DNA of 64,000 bases from Nitrospirota bacterium (GTDB taxonomy: Bacteria; Nitrospirota; UBA9217): NCBI GenBank assembly GCA_963751455.1, contig CAVVUN010000015.1, positions 832,001 through 896,000 of the forward strand, written 5' to 3'. Below, one piece after another: positions 44,261 through 53,290 of the stretch. Positions within the stretch are counted from its first letter, which is position 1. Every line of letters starts with the position of its first letter. The position numbers were made by a program, and so were the translations under genes. The notes under the pieces are model-generated. The model was not told the DNA's origin and made no database searches. It worked only from the letters and a program-made list of their open reading frames with translations.

Positions 44261-45685
44261 CTACTCAATCAACGTCTTTACATACTCCAGGGCTTCATTC
44301 CTGTCTTTGAGCAGCGCCGCTGCCTGACGCTCTTTCACGGCATCCAGGATGTCCCGGAACCGGGGACCCGGTTTCAGGCCGAATTCAATCAGATCCTGCC
44401 CGCTAATGAAAGGTTTGTCTTCTGTTTTGAGAAACTGCTCGTAGTAATACTGCAACACTGTCGCCATCGGCTTTTCCGTGTCCTTAAATTTCCCTCGCGG
44501 CATGACCTGATAGGTCGCGCGGGCATCTGCTTGCGCAAGGATAAGACTTTCAGGTAGAGCCTCTTTCATGTCTCGGCAATAGCGGTACATTGCGCTCCTG
44601 GTCGGTCCTCCCGGGCTCGAAAGGTTAAAGAGGCGCATGTGCTGTTTGATAATCAAGCTGACCGTTTTTTCGGTATCCCGTGAAAGCCGGAAACGACGGC
44701 ATGTTTCCTTCGCTTTCTCCGCGCCGATATTGTCATGACCGTAAAAATGGATATGCCCCTCTGCGTCCACGGAAAACGTTTCCGGCTTTGCGATATCGTG
44801 CAGCAGACAGGCGAAGCGGAGAGCTGCCCTGCGAGGCACCAGGAACTCGAGGTGCCGGCCGAGATGTTCATCTACGAGATACGAATAGGCAGGGGAAAGC
44901 GCGGTCAAGTCGTCCAGCACGCTGTCGACATATCCGGCGGCCATTATGGAATGGGTCTTTACATCGTATGCATGATGTTCACCGGGCGCAAATCCGGTCA
45001 GTGCATCAAGCTCCGGCAGGAGACGCGATAAGAGGCCAAGATTGTCCATAAGATGCAGATGACTATCGCAGCCGCGAACGGACAGGATTTGAAAAAACTC
45101 ATCCCTGATGCGCTCCGGTGATGGTTCCGTAAGGCGGCTAGCCCGTGCTTTGATCTGCTCCCTGGTTGTTTCGTCTATGGCAAACCCGAGCGAAGCCGAG
45201 AAGCGCACGGCGCGAAGAAGCCGCAGAGGATCGTCATCGAGCACTTCCGGCTTCACCATGCGGATTATTTTCCGCTGCACATCCTCCCGGCCGTGAAACA
45301 GATCGATGATTTTTCCAAGCGAGCGGTCCCTGATAAAGTCCCGAAGCTCAAGGGCCATTGCGTTGATCGTGAAGTCCCTGCGGCCCAGGTCCGCGGCAAG
45401 GTCTCGCGCCTCGAAGTTCGTAAAGTCGAATTGAATTGTCCCATTGTCTGTTTGCCTTACGACGCGCGTGATTTTCCGATCCTCATCCAGGAAGAAGAAG
45501 CTTCCCCCGATCCTGTCCGCAAACGTGCGGGCCACAGACTCAGAACCCGACGGCATTACAATATCGATATCCCCGGCTATCTGATTCGTAATCAGCAGGT
45601 CGCGGACAGAACCTCCGACGAGGTAGACCGGTTGAGAAGCGATTGACAGAAGTTCCGAAAGATATGTTAGTGAGGCTGAATTCAT
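44261..45685 (-). CDS. tRNA nucleotidyltransferase / poly(A) polymerase family protein with HD domain
   Basis: VGGSVRD..DID, RRDFTINAMA, DDPLRLLRAVRF, LLHDIAK. Confidence 0.92.
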   Translation of the reverse strand: MNSASLTYLSELLSIASQPVYLVGGSVRDLLITNQIAGDIDIVMPSGSESVARTFADRIGGSFFFLDEDRKITRVVRQTDNGTIQFDFTNFEARDLAADLGRRDFTINAMALELRDFIRDRSLGKIIDLFHGREDVQRKIIRMVKPEVLDDDPLRLLRAVRFSASLGFAIDETTREQIKARASRLTEPSPERIRDEFFQILSVRGCDSHLHLMDNLGLLSRLLPELDALTGFAPGEHHAYDVKTHSIMAAGYVDSVLDDLTALSPAYSYLVDEHLGRHLEFLVPRRAALRFACLLHDIAKPETFSVDAEGHIHFYGHDNIGAEKAKETCRRFRLSRDTEKTVSLIIKQHMRLFNLSSPGGPTRSAMYRYCRDMKEALPESLILAQADARATYQVMPRGKFKDTEKPMATVLQYYYEQFLKTEDKPFISGQDLIEFGLKPGPRFRDILDAVKERQAAALLKDRNEALEYVKTLIE

Positions 45686-45860
45686 AAAAAAGGTTTGTTT
45701 CTTTTGCGCCTTTGCGCGTGACCGCCTTTGAATTTTTACTGTTCTTGTGCGGCCTTGCGCGGAAATGCTTTTTGGTCCTGTTTTGATACTAACAGAAAGC
45801 TCAGAAACACGTCAAACGAAAATTAAGACCCCTCACGATGAGCCTCAACCTGTTTTATTC

Positions 45861-45890
45861 TTGACAATAATGTTTATTTTGCCTGATAAT
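45861..45890 (+). promoter_or_regulatory. Candidate promoter upstream of the orphan gene array
   Basis: TTGACA-18 bp-GATAAT. Confidence 0.4.
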
Positions 45891-46081
45891 CGTTTCGTAC
45901 CCGAAACACGAGCCTTGGCCGAGCCCATAGACTGGGATAATCCGGCCGAATTCCAGTTTATCTAAGATGTGGTTGTCGCTCATCACTCTTTTCTGAGTGC
46001 ATAGGGACATTATTAAAAATCAGTTACTTACGGGGTGAGTGTCGCTTAATAACAATAACATGGTTGGGTATGTGAGAAAAC

Positions 46082-47571
46082 ATGACAGAGATATACTTTT
46101 CAGATTACTTTTCCTTGTCCCCAGAAGTAATGAAGGCATATGGAGCTTTCGATGTTTCGCTCGTAAACGATCTGCCTCTCTCGTTGATCCATTTCTCTTA
46201 TTCAATAGCGAAAACGAGACCTATCAACAACTTCACAACGAAATTATCGAATACATGAGATTTCTAAAAGAAGTTTCTTTGGCAGGTGAAGTGCCAGACC
46301 CGCTGGTGAGGGAATGGTTTACGTTTCCCGAGGTTAAGCAGAACTGGCTTGGATTGAGCAGGGCGGGGAATGAGGGCCGCGGCCTTGGAATGGATTTCGC
46401 TAGAGCCCTGCACCGAAATCTGAATAACGTATTCCGCGACTTTGGAGAGGAAGTAGTTACCCGGAGCAGCCATCTTGAGAAACTATGTCTTATAAGGGAC
46501 GGGGTCGGTCGAGACAATTTAAGCGATTTCACGACAAATCTAATTAAAAACTACTTGGCGAATTACACGCAGAAATTTGCCCTTAAATACCTGCATAGTT
46601 CTCAGCGCAGGCGCGTCGCCCTTAGAAAAGTGAGATTCAACTATGATACTCATTCATGGACTACAGAGTCGTTCGAGCTGCCTTATCACCACTTCGAGCT
46701 ACCGGCACCCCATGATGATTTTATTCTGCTCACACCGAAGGACATACTCACAAAAGATGAGGCATGGATAAACCGCCCAGAGCTTCTCGACCGCTTTCCA
46801 GAGATAGCAAATGCCCTGCCCGATGCTACGCTTCGTGCTCAGGTAAACGACTATCTTGTGAGAACAATTCCGCGTGGCGCGAAGGTGACAAGAAAAGAAG
46901 TGCGAGAGGCCGTTGGCAGAGCGGTGGAAAGTTTTCCGCAGATCCTTGATTATTACATTCGCGAGAAGGAAGACAGCGGGGATCAAGCTGTTTCATATGC
47001 GGAGGCGCGGGTACGAGAAGTCGAACACATTTTCATTAGTCAAGTGCGTTCGTTGGTATCTCAATTCCTTGATCCGGGTGGTTTCTACCGGCTTCCGTAC
47101 AATACTCACGAAGAGGCGTACAGGAGACTGATGTTCTTAAAAGATGTCATCGAAAACAAAGGCGGCCATAAACTCTTCTATGTTAATGGTGTACCGCTTG
47201 AGAGAGAGGCTGATTTACAGATATTGTACAGGCTAACCTGGTACGCAACCCCATCAGATGTCACAAGGGAGGCCAACGATGGACGCGGACCAGCAGATTT
47301 CAAAGTCTCTCGTGGAGCGGCTGATAAGACCATTCTAGAATTCAAGCTAGCAAAGAATACACAGCTGGAAAGAAATCTTGAGAAGCAGTGCAAGATATAT
47401 GAGGCAGCAAGCGATACTACCCATCCGTCCATTAAGGCCATACTATATTTTGATGACGCGGAATACCGTAAAGTTCAGCGGATACTGAAACGCCTTAAAC
47501 TCGAAAGTGACCCCAATATTGTGCTTATCGATGCCTGTGATTACAACAAGCCGTCGGGGTCAAATGCGTGA
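46082..47571 (+). CDS. Hypothetical protein with C-terminal PD-(D/E)xK-like nuclease motif; frameshift near 46180
   Basis: ATG 46082 gives MTEIYFSDYFSLSPEVMKAYGAFDVSLVNDLPL, joining VDPFLLFNS. C-terminal E..GRGPADFK...LEFKLA. Confidence 0.65.
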
Positions 47572-47678
47572 TTTTTGGGGACGGCGGTTCTCTGAGTGCC
47601 TTGCGCTTGACAGCTCTGAAGGATTTGGAGCGGGTTAGAAAAGGGACTTATTCTAGACTCATTATAAGGACCATAATA

Positions 47679-48236
47679 ATGAACGATCATGAAATGACCG
47701 TCGCTAATGAACTTGCAAAGCATGGATTGCGCTGCGAACCTTTTACAAAAACCGAGATGGCCGAGCGAAAAACGCCAGACTTTAAGGTGTTTCGGGGCAA
47801 CGAGTTTGTATTCTTTTGTGAGGTTAAAGAGATAGCCGCGGACCCCTGGCTAGAAGGACTTCGCTCAGATCCTATATTCAATCGTCTTGCCGACGATAGA
47901 CATACAGCCGTCAAGCAATTCGACTCAGTCAATCAAGACCTCCAGTATCCGAATGTCCTTGCCTTTGTAAACAACGACCACATGTGTGGATCATTGGACA
48001 TGATAGGTGTGCTTACAGGTCACCTTCTGTTAGAAGGAGGCGGATCAGCTGGGATCTACCGCAAATATGCAGAAGGCAGAATACAAAAAGAAAAGAATCG
48101 CGTAAATTTTTACTTGTGGTTCGATTCTTTCAAGGCGAATAAAGTGCTATTCAACACAACTGATTCACGGCATCTCAGCCAGCTCTGTGAATGCTTTGGC
48201 GTTAAACCGGAGACCATAGAAACGATTCGTTTATAA
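47679..48236 (+). CDS. Hypothetical protein, restriction-endonuclease-like
   Basis: KTPDFKV...FFCEVKEI matches PD-x(n)-ExK. Confidence 0.6.
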   Translation: MNDHEMTVANELAKHGLRCEPFTKTEMAERKTPDFKVFRGNEFVFFCEVKEIAADPWLEGLRSDPIFNRLADDRHTAVKQFDSVNQDLQYPNVLAFVNNDHMCGSLDMIGVLTGHLLLEGGGSAGIYRKYAEGRIQKEKNRVNFYLWFDSFKANKVLFNTTDSRHLSQLCECFGVKPETIETIRL

Positions 48237-48287
48237 CAAATTATTCCAGCGGCCTTGAGGACTCGGCGGTTAATTTCCATGTTGGCA
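48231..48287 (+). mobile_element. attC-like site (degenerate)
   Basis: TTATAAC overlapping the stop codon ... GTTGGCA, 57 bp. TTATAAC is 6/7 complementary to GTTAGAA (47634-47640) upstream of the same gene. Confidence 0.55.
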
Positions 48288-48305
48288 GAATAAAAAGAGT
48301 AAAAA

Positions 48306-48857
48306 ATGATAGGCATTATTTTATCCATAATATTTCCCGGTCTCGGTCAGTTTTATTACGGAAAAAATTGGCGGGCTATCACCATGCTGATACTCGGTAT
48401 TACGCCTCTTTATCCTATAGCGCTAGTTTGGAGTGTTATTGATATTATTCAACTTAACAAGAAAGGTGAAGTACCAAAATTTGAAAGGAAAGAAGCCATC
48501 TGGGGAGTGGTTATTCTGCTCGTGGTTATACCTATCTGTTTTTTCCTATTATTCTATGGTTCACTTTCCATATTTGAATGGTATTCAGAAAAATACATTA
48601 TGCCGAGAGTCGCAATGGAAGAGGGTAATGTGATTGTGAGAGCTTTGAATAACTATAAAAAAGAAAAAGAACATTACCCTGATAATCTTCAAACAATAAT
48701 CAGCGATAATCCCATTCGCGCAAGTTGGGGATCTGATGTTTGGGAACAAGCGTATCATTATGAAGTCAGTGATGACAAGCAATTCTTCAAGCTGATATCA
48801 AAAGGAAAAGATAAAACGCTCGGTACGGAAGATGACATTATTTTTAAACAATTATGA
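48306..48857 (+). CDS. Membrane protein with GspG-like C-terminal motif
   Basis: PGLGQFY TM region; DVWEQAYHY...LISKGKDKTLGTEDDI. Confidence 0.65.
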   Translation: MIGIILSIIFPGLGQFYYGKNWRAITMLILGITPLYPIALVWSVIDIIQLNKKGEVPKFERKEAIWGVVILLVVIPICFFLLFYGSLSIFEWYSEKYIMPRVAMEEGNVIVRALNNYKKEKEHYPDNLQTIISDNPIRASWGSDVWEQAYHYEVSDDKQFFKLISKGKDKTLGTEDDIIFKQL

Positions 48858-48878
48858 TATCGAAAATGGGGATACAAA

Positions 48879-49505
48879 ATGAAATTCATCGAATATCGCG
48901 GTCCGTTTCACCTTCTTATCCCTCAATATGATGAGATAGTTCTATTTACCATGAGCTTTACCTGCGTACTTCTTCTAATCACGGGTATTCTATCTTATAA
49001 CGATGAAATTCAATTTGTTTCTCCCAGGGAATATGATCCTCGAATAATTGCCGCAACCATCATCTTCATCGCCGGTCTAGTATTATCCTTATACCATGCA
49101 TTCGTTGATCGCCCCAAAACAAGGCTGGAAAAATCTTTTATGTTGTTATTTGCTGTGTTAGTAAACGCGTTCAGCGGATTCATGGCAAGTGGATACAATC
49201 TTACCAATGCGAGCAGTTGGCTTATGGTATTCCCAATTTTGAACATGATTAATAGCGTTATACTTCTTTTCATGTGGCGAGCAAGAGTTCTGGATGAATC
49301 GAGCATCAGCGATCAAAACGCACGAAGAGGTCAGGTCATGCTTGCAGCGGCAATCGTTTTAATACTGTATTATTTGTGTCACTTTATTTACGGACTTATA
49401 TGGATACAGACCCTGTCCATCTGCCTTGTCTATTCGATTAATTTTATTAGGTTGATCGAATCACTGATTTTCCGGCCCGTGCCGGCAAGAGACAGTGCAC
49501 AATAG
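48879..49505 (+). CDS. Hypothetical integral membrane protein
   Basis: 208 aa with about six hydrophobic segments. Confidence 0.7.
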   Translation: MKFIEYRGPFHLLIPQYDEIVLFTMSFTCVLLLITGILSYNDEIQFVSPREYDPRIIAATIIFIAGLVLSLYHAFVDRPKTRLEKSFMLLFAVLVNAFSGFMASGYNLTNASSWLMVFPILNMINSVILLFMWRARVLDESSISDQNARRGQVMLAAAIVLILYYLCHFIYGLIWIQTLSICLVYSINFIRLIESLIFRPVPARDSAQ

Positions 49506-50011
49506 CGAGATTTATTCTATTTAGGGGGTCGGACCAAGATAACCATCTGAAATGCATCGGAAATGGTATGAGAAATGGCCCGATTGGCGGTTTTAGAATG
49601 CTATTTTTGACAGGCAAATAGACGCTTTAAGTTGAACCTGACGCAGTCGCTATGTCTTTGAAGATCATTTTGGGGCATGTAAATGACAATCAAAACTTCA
49701 GAACATCGAGTTGTCCACATGTAAATTAACGTGGTCCGACCCGGAATCAGTACGGCATTGGCTGAAATGCACGTCATGTTGGCGTGAGTACATCCGGGAT
49801 AGCGAGGGGCGGTCAAACGGTTGTTTATGAGGAAAAAATAAAGAGGGAAACGAATAGTCCATTTCGGTCACCCCCAAAGGTTCCCGGCCCCGGAGGACAC
49901 CCGCGAGATCGAGGGAAATCTCCATTTTCCCCTGACTTTCCTTATTATGGATGTCCCCTTTTTCTGCAGCTCGTTGCGTGGGTAATCTAAAGGTAAGTAT
50001 GAGGAGGTGAA

Positions 50012-51433
50012 ATGTTCACATTGTTAGCCAAACTCACTGCTTGTTCCATGGTCGCGGCTTTATTGCTCGGTTGCCCAGGGAAGGGTTCAAAAGCAAACAA
50101 ACAATCATCTAACGAAAAATTACAACACGATGGTTTGGATTGGATATCTGATCCAATTGGAGAGCGTTTGCTTTTGTCTTCAAATAAAAACGCTTTTATT
50201 GGTGGGGAAAAAGTTCGGATATTAGTAACTAAGAATAGTAAGCAATTTATCAGTGGTTCAAGTCGACGTGAGCAGCTTCCAGTGTCTGGCGTATTGGTGC
50301 GTCTGGCTGATCAAGAGGCGAAAACAGACGCTAGTGGTGTCGTGATCTTTGATGCTCCTGTTAATGAATTCCCAACGACCTATCGCGTTGGGGCTTACAA
50401 AGACGGCTATGCATTTTTAGATAGTTTTTCCCTAAACGGGGAACTGAGATACGCTCCGGGTTATTTGGCTGTCACTGTTCTGTTGCCGGCCCATGCTTCG
50501 TTTTCATTACCTCCTGATGTAGAAGACCGGCTGTCTCGCATTCGAATTCTTGACACGACTTGGCTTAGCGATATTGAGAAAAAAGCTCTCCTACAGAAAT
50601 TGGAGGGGACAGACATAGAGATTGATGAAGATAGTGGATGGGATGAAGAGGACATACTAGAGGATTTAAGTGACGCAGGCTGGGACGATATCTGGGTCTT
50701 TCATGGGCATTCCAATGGAATGGCCATGGGAGATGACGATGATAACGCGGTGACCGGTGATGAGATGTGCGAAGCCTTGCGCAAAGATAACGATCCGCCG
50801 TCAATTATCGTTCTTTCTGGTTGTGCGACGTCGAGATTGGCTGGACAGCTCTGCGCATGTGGTGCAAAGATAGTGATTGGATACTCTGAGACCTGTTACA
50901 TAAAAAATGCATCATCAGCCACTGAGCAATTTCTTGAGGCATTGTTAGACGGAAAGACCTTGAGTGAGGGCGTAATGGCGGCGTCGGGTGAACTGAACGG
51001 TTCTTCCGGGCCTGGTACGGCAACAATCTGTCAAGGTGGAGGTTCGAACATCAATGTCGATTCTAGTAAATTGGGGGATGCACTTTACAGAAAACCAACC
51101 ATTACAAAGTTGTTAGAATTCATAATGCATGCAAGCCAAGACGGCAAGGCATACGAAACGCTCGCGAAGGCAAAGTTGACCGATATAGATGGAAATAATT
51201 TGGCAGGAAAATCAATCGCGTTTTTCGTGGACTGCGAACTAGGTCGTAGTTTGAATACTTATGCCATCGAAGTCGACGCGGTGGATACAGATGGTCAAGG
51301 CTTGGCGACAAGTAAATTATGGCGCATTGCACAACTAAACAATCAATCTTTGGTCTGCAAAATGGATGCGTCGTTTCGAGGTGATGCTGAATACAAAGCA
51401 TCCATGATAAGTGATAGTAAATATATTCACTAG
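50012..51433 (+). CDS. Lipoprotein with putative caspase/CHAT-like domain
   Basis: RBS gaggaggtg; lipobox LLGC; VFHGHS and IVLSGCAT motifs. Confidence 0.6.
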   Translation: MFTLLAKLTACSMVAALLLGCPGKGSKANKQSSNEKLQHDGLDWISDPIGERLLLSSNKNAFIGGEKVRILVTKNSKQFISGSSRREQLPVSGVLVRLADQEAKTDASGVVIFDAPVNEFPTTYRVGAYKDGYAFLDSFSLNGELRYAPGYLAVTVLLPAHASFSLPPDVEDRLSRIRILDTTWLSDIEKKALLQKLEGTDIEIDEDSGWDEEDILEDLSDAGWDDIWVFHGHSNGMAMGDDDDNAVTGDEMCEALRKDNDPPSIIVLSGCATSRLAGQLCACGAKIVIGYSETCYIKNASSATEQFLEALLDGKTLSEGVMAASGELNGSSGPGTATICQGGGSNINVDSSKLGDALYRKPTITKLLEFIMHASQDGKAYETLAKAKLTDIDGNNLAGKSIAFFVDCELGRSLNTYAIEVDAVDTDGQGLATSKLWRIAQLNNQSLVCKMDASFRGDAEYKASMISDSKYIH

Positions 51434-51476
51434 CTTAATCGCTCAACCCGACACGCGGGTTAGCTCTTCGTTAGTC
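51428..51476 (+). mobile_element. attC-like site
   Basis: CACTAGC ... gct[c]aacccg-acacg-cgggttagc ... GTTAGTC: L-box stem with a single extrahelical base. Confidence 0.7.
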
Positions 51477-51492
51477 TGCACTATCTTTTCAT

Positions 51493-51834
51493 ATGAAAAA
51501 ACCAGACCTGAAATCACAAGCAGTCATGAACGTCGACAAGGGCGAGTCGATTGAGGGTATGTGGGCCACGCCGCAGATACCAGAGATCGGCGTATATAAG
51601 CTCGTGGCAAAGAAGCGTGTTGACGGTATGTATGAGTGGGTGCATTTCCAGCACCGGCCTGACGGCACGCGGAAGGTGCTCTTCCGGGGCGAGGTGGAAT
51701 CGAAGGAGCGCCTGGCCATTGTGCTTGAAGCGTCGAACAAGCAGCTTCAAAACATCTTTGGAGTTACCATGTTGTTCGCAGATGTAAGCATGAAGACACT
51801 TGACGGCCGGAGCACGGATAACAAGGTGCATTAA
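51493..51834 (+). CDS. Hypothetical protein (probable cassette gene)
   Basis: 113-aa ORF between two attC-like sites. Confidence 0.6.
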   Translation: MKKPDLKSQAVMNVDKGESIEGMWATPQIPEIGVYKLVAKKRVDGMYEWVHFQHRPDGTRKVLFRGEVESKERLAIVLEASNKQLQNIFGVTMLFADVSMKTLDGRSTDNKVH

Positions 51835-51860
51835 GGCGGCTTAATTAGGGGCGGTTAGCC
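51816..51860 (+). mobile_element. Short attC-like site
   Basis: GGATAAC ... ttaag-gcgg-cttaa ... GTTAGCC. Confidence 0.5.
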
Positions 51861-51882
51861 GCGCCTTCACTTGTCGCTTTTT

Positions 51883-52527
51883 TTATTCTTGTGAGAGTTG
51901 GTTCGAGAGTTTCAGGAGCTTAACGAGGTTTGGCTGCAGGGGCGTTTTGTTTTGATTTAAAAATTGCTCCAGTTCGGAGAGCTTCTTTATCAATTCCTTT
52001 TTTAATCCCTGGATCTCCTTGTCTTCTTTGTGCTTCGTAAAATAATTCGTGTTCAGCAGGAAGACCGTGTTAATCAGTTCCAAAGACGTTGAATCCGCGG
52101 CGTCGCTGTCCTTGGTCTGTTTCACGAATGCTACCTTCTCCAGGAAGTCGGTGAAGAGTGTCTTTGCGCTGTTCCGGGTGCTTTTCCGCTGCAGGTAGTC
52201 GATGTTTCTGCCAACATAGTCTTCTTTTTCGTCTTTTTTCGCTTCCATCCGGTTCCGGTCGATTTTATCCGCCAGCTCCGCGATCCTGCTCTTGATGTCT
52301 TCTTTTATTTTCGATGCTTCATCGGTATATTCTCCGGCGCTGATAATTGCATCGAGACTGGCAAAAACAGACCTGGACTCTTTCACGATTTCCTGGAACC
52401 GGGCGGCATTCGGGAAGTTCTCCCTGTTCTCGACATCAATTTTTTGCCGAAGTGCCATTGCTTCCCGCGGTGCCCTGAAAGGCGGCTTATCTTTTCCCCC
52501 TGACCCAAAAAGACGGCGAAGTACCAT
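51883..52527 (-). CDS. Hypothetical helical protein
   Basis: 214-aa charged ORF with RBS aggag. Confidence 0.7.
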   Translation of the reverse strand: MVLRRLFGSGGKDKPPFRAPREAMALRQKIDVENRENFPNAARFQEIVKESRSVFASLDAIISAGEYTDEASKIKEDIKSRIAELADKIDRNRMEAKKDEKEDYVGRNIDYLQRKSTRNSAKTLFTDFLEKVAFVKQTKDSDAADSTSLELINTVFLLNTNYFTKHKEDKEIQGLKKELIKKLSELEQFLNQNKTPLQPNLVKLLKLSNQLSQE

Positions 52528-52575
52528 TACAGCTCCTTAAAGTTCGATACCAAATTATACCAAATTATTCCGAGT

Positions 52576-53268
52576 TCACTGACCCGTTTTCGCGTCCGCC
52601 CCGTTTTTTTCCGTTATCTGCCGGATCCCAGCCAAGCGCTTTTTACGCTCTTCGCGGCCCACGTACCAGTCCTCGATAAGTGTTTCGATTAAACCGATCA
52701 GCATCTGCGCCTCTCCGGGTTCCGAGTCCTGGATCTCGATTGCTTCGGCATCCATGCGGGCCCCGATCAACCCTGTCTTTTTGACGGACTCGATCGCTTC
52801 CCAGGTTAACGGGTCGGCGGTGCCTTTGATCTGGCGAAACTCGTCGCCCAGCATACCGGGCTGCACTTTCCAGAAGTCGCGCAGCATATGCGAGAGGCAG
52901 CGCCGCGCAAGGGCTGCAGCGAGCTTCGTACTCGATTCCATCGTAAGACAGGCTTCACGGTAATCTTCAAGGACATCGGGGGGAAGCGAGACCGGGAAGG
53001 AACGCGCCCGGGAGGGCGGGACGAGGGCCCACGTTTTAACGTGCCTTCCGGTATAGGACCGGGTTCCGGATGTCTCGAGACTGTGCAGGGATGCATTCAA
53101 TGAGAACTTCCGGCACGCGGGGTTCGGGCAGACAACGAACTTAACAACAAGGCGCCGGGGACCTTCGTCATTTTCCAGGGTGAGATCAGCGAAGCTTGCC
53201 TGCCGGTTTTCTTCGGTTACGGTCTGGTCCGTATTGCAGAACGGGCAGTGCCAGAGATATTCGGTCAA
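52576..53268 (-). CDS. DUF4145-like protein with N-terminal zinc ribbon
   Basis: CPFC...CPNPAC; DYREAC..AAALARRCL. Confidence 0.75.
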   Translation of the reverse strand: MTEYLWHCPFCNTDQTVTEENRQASFADLTLENDEGPRRLVVKFVVCPNPACRKFSLNASLHSLETSGTRSYTGRHVKTWALVPPSRARSFPVSLPPDVLEDYREACLTMESSTKLAAALARRCLSHMLRDFWKVQPGMLGDEFRQIKGTADPLTWEAIESVKKTGLIGARMDAEAIEIQDSEPGEAQMLIGLIETLIEDWYVGREERKKRLAGIRQITEKNGADAKTGQ

Positions 53269-53290
53269 GCATTCCTCCTTGTGGCCGGGG

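Noticed and set aside
49690-49745. Possible integron integrase tail (TTLIY on the minus strand)
   Set aside because: Only about five residues resemble TTMIYTHV; too short to call without a search.
46001-49965. agggacat / atgtcccct as terminal inverted repeats of a 4-kb element
   Set aside because: Only about 8 bp match, and no transposase or target duplication is seen.
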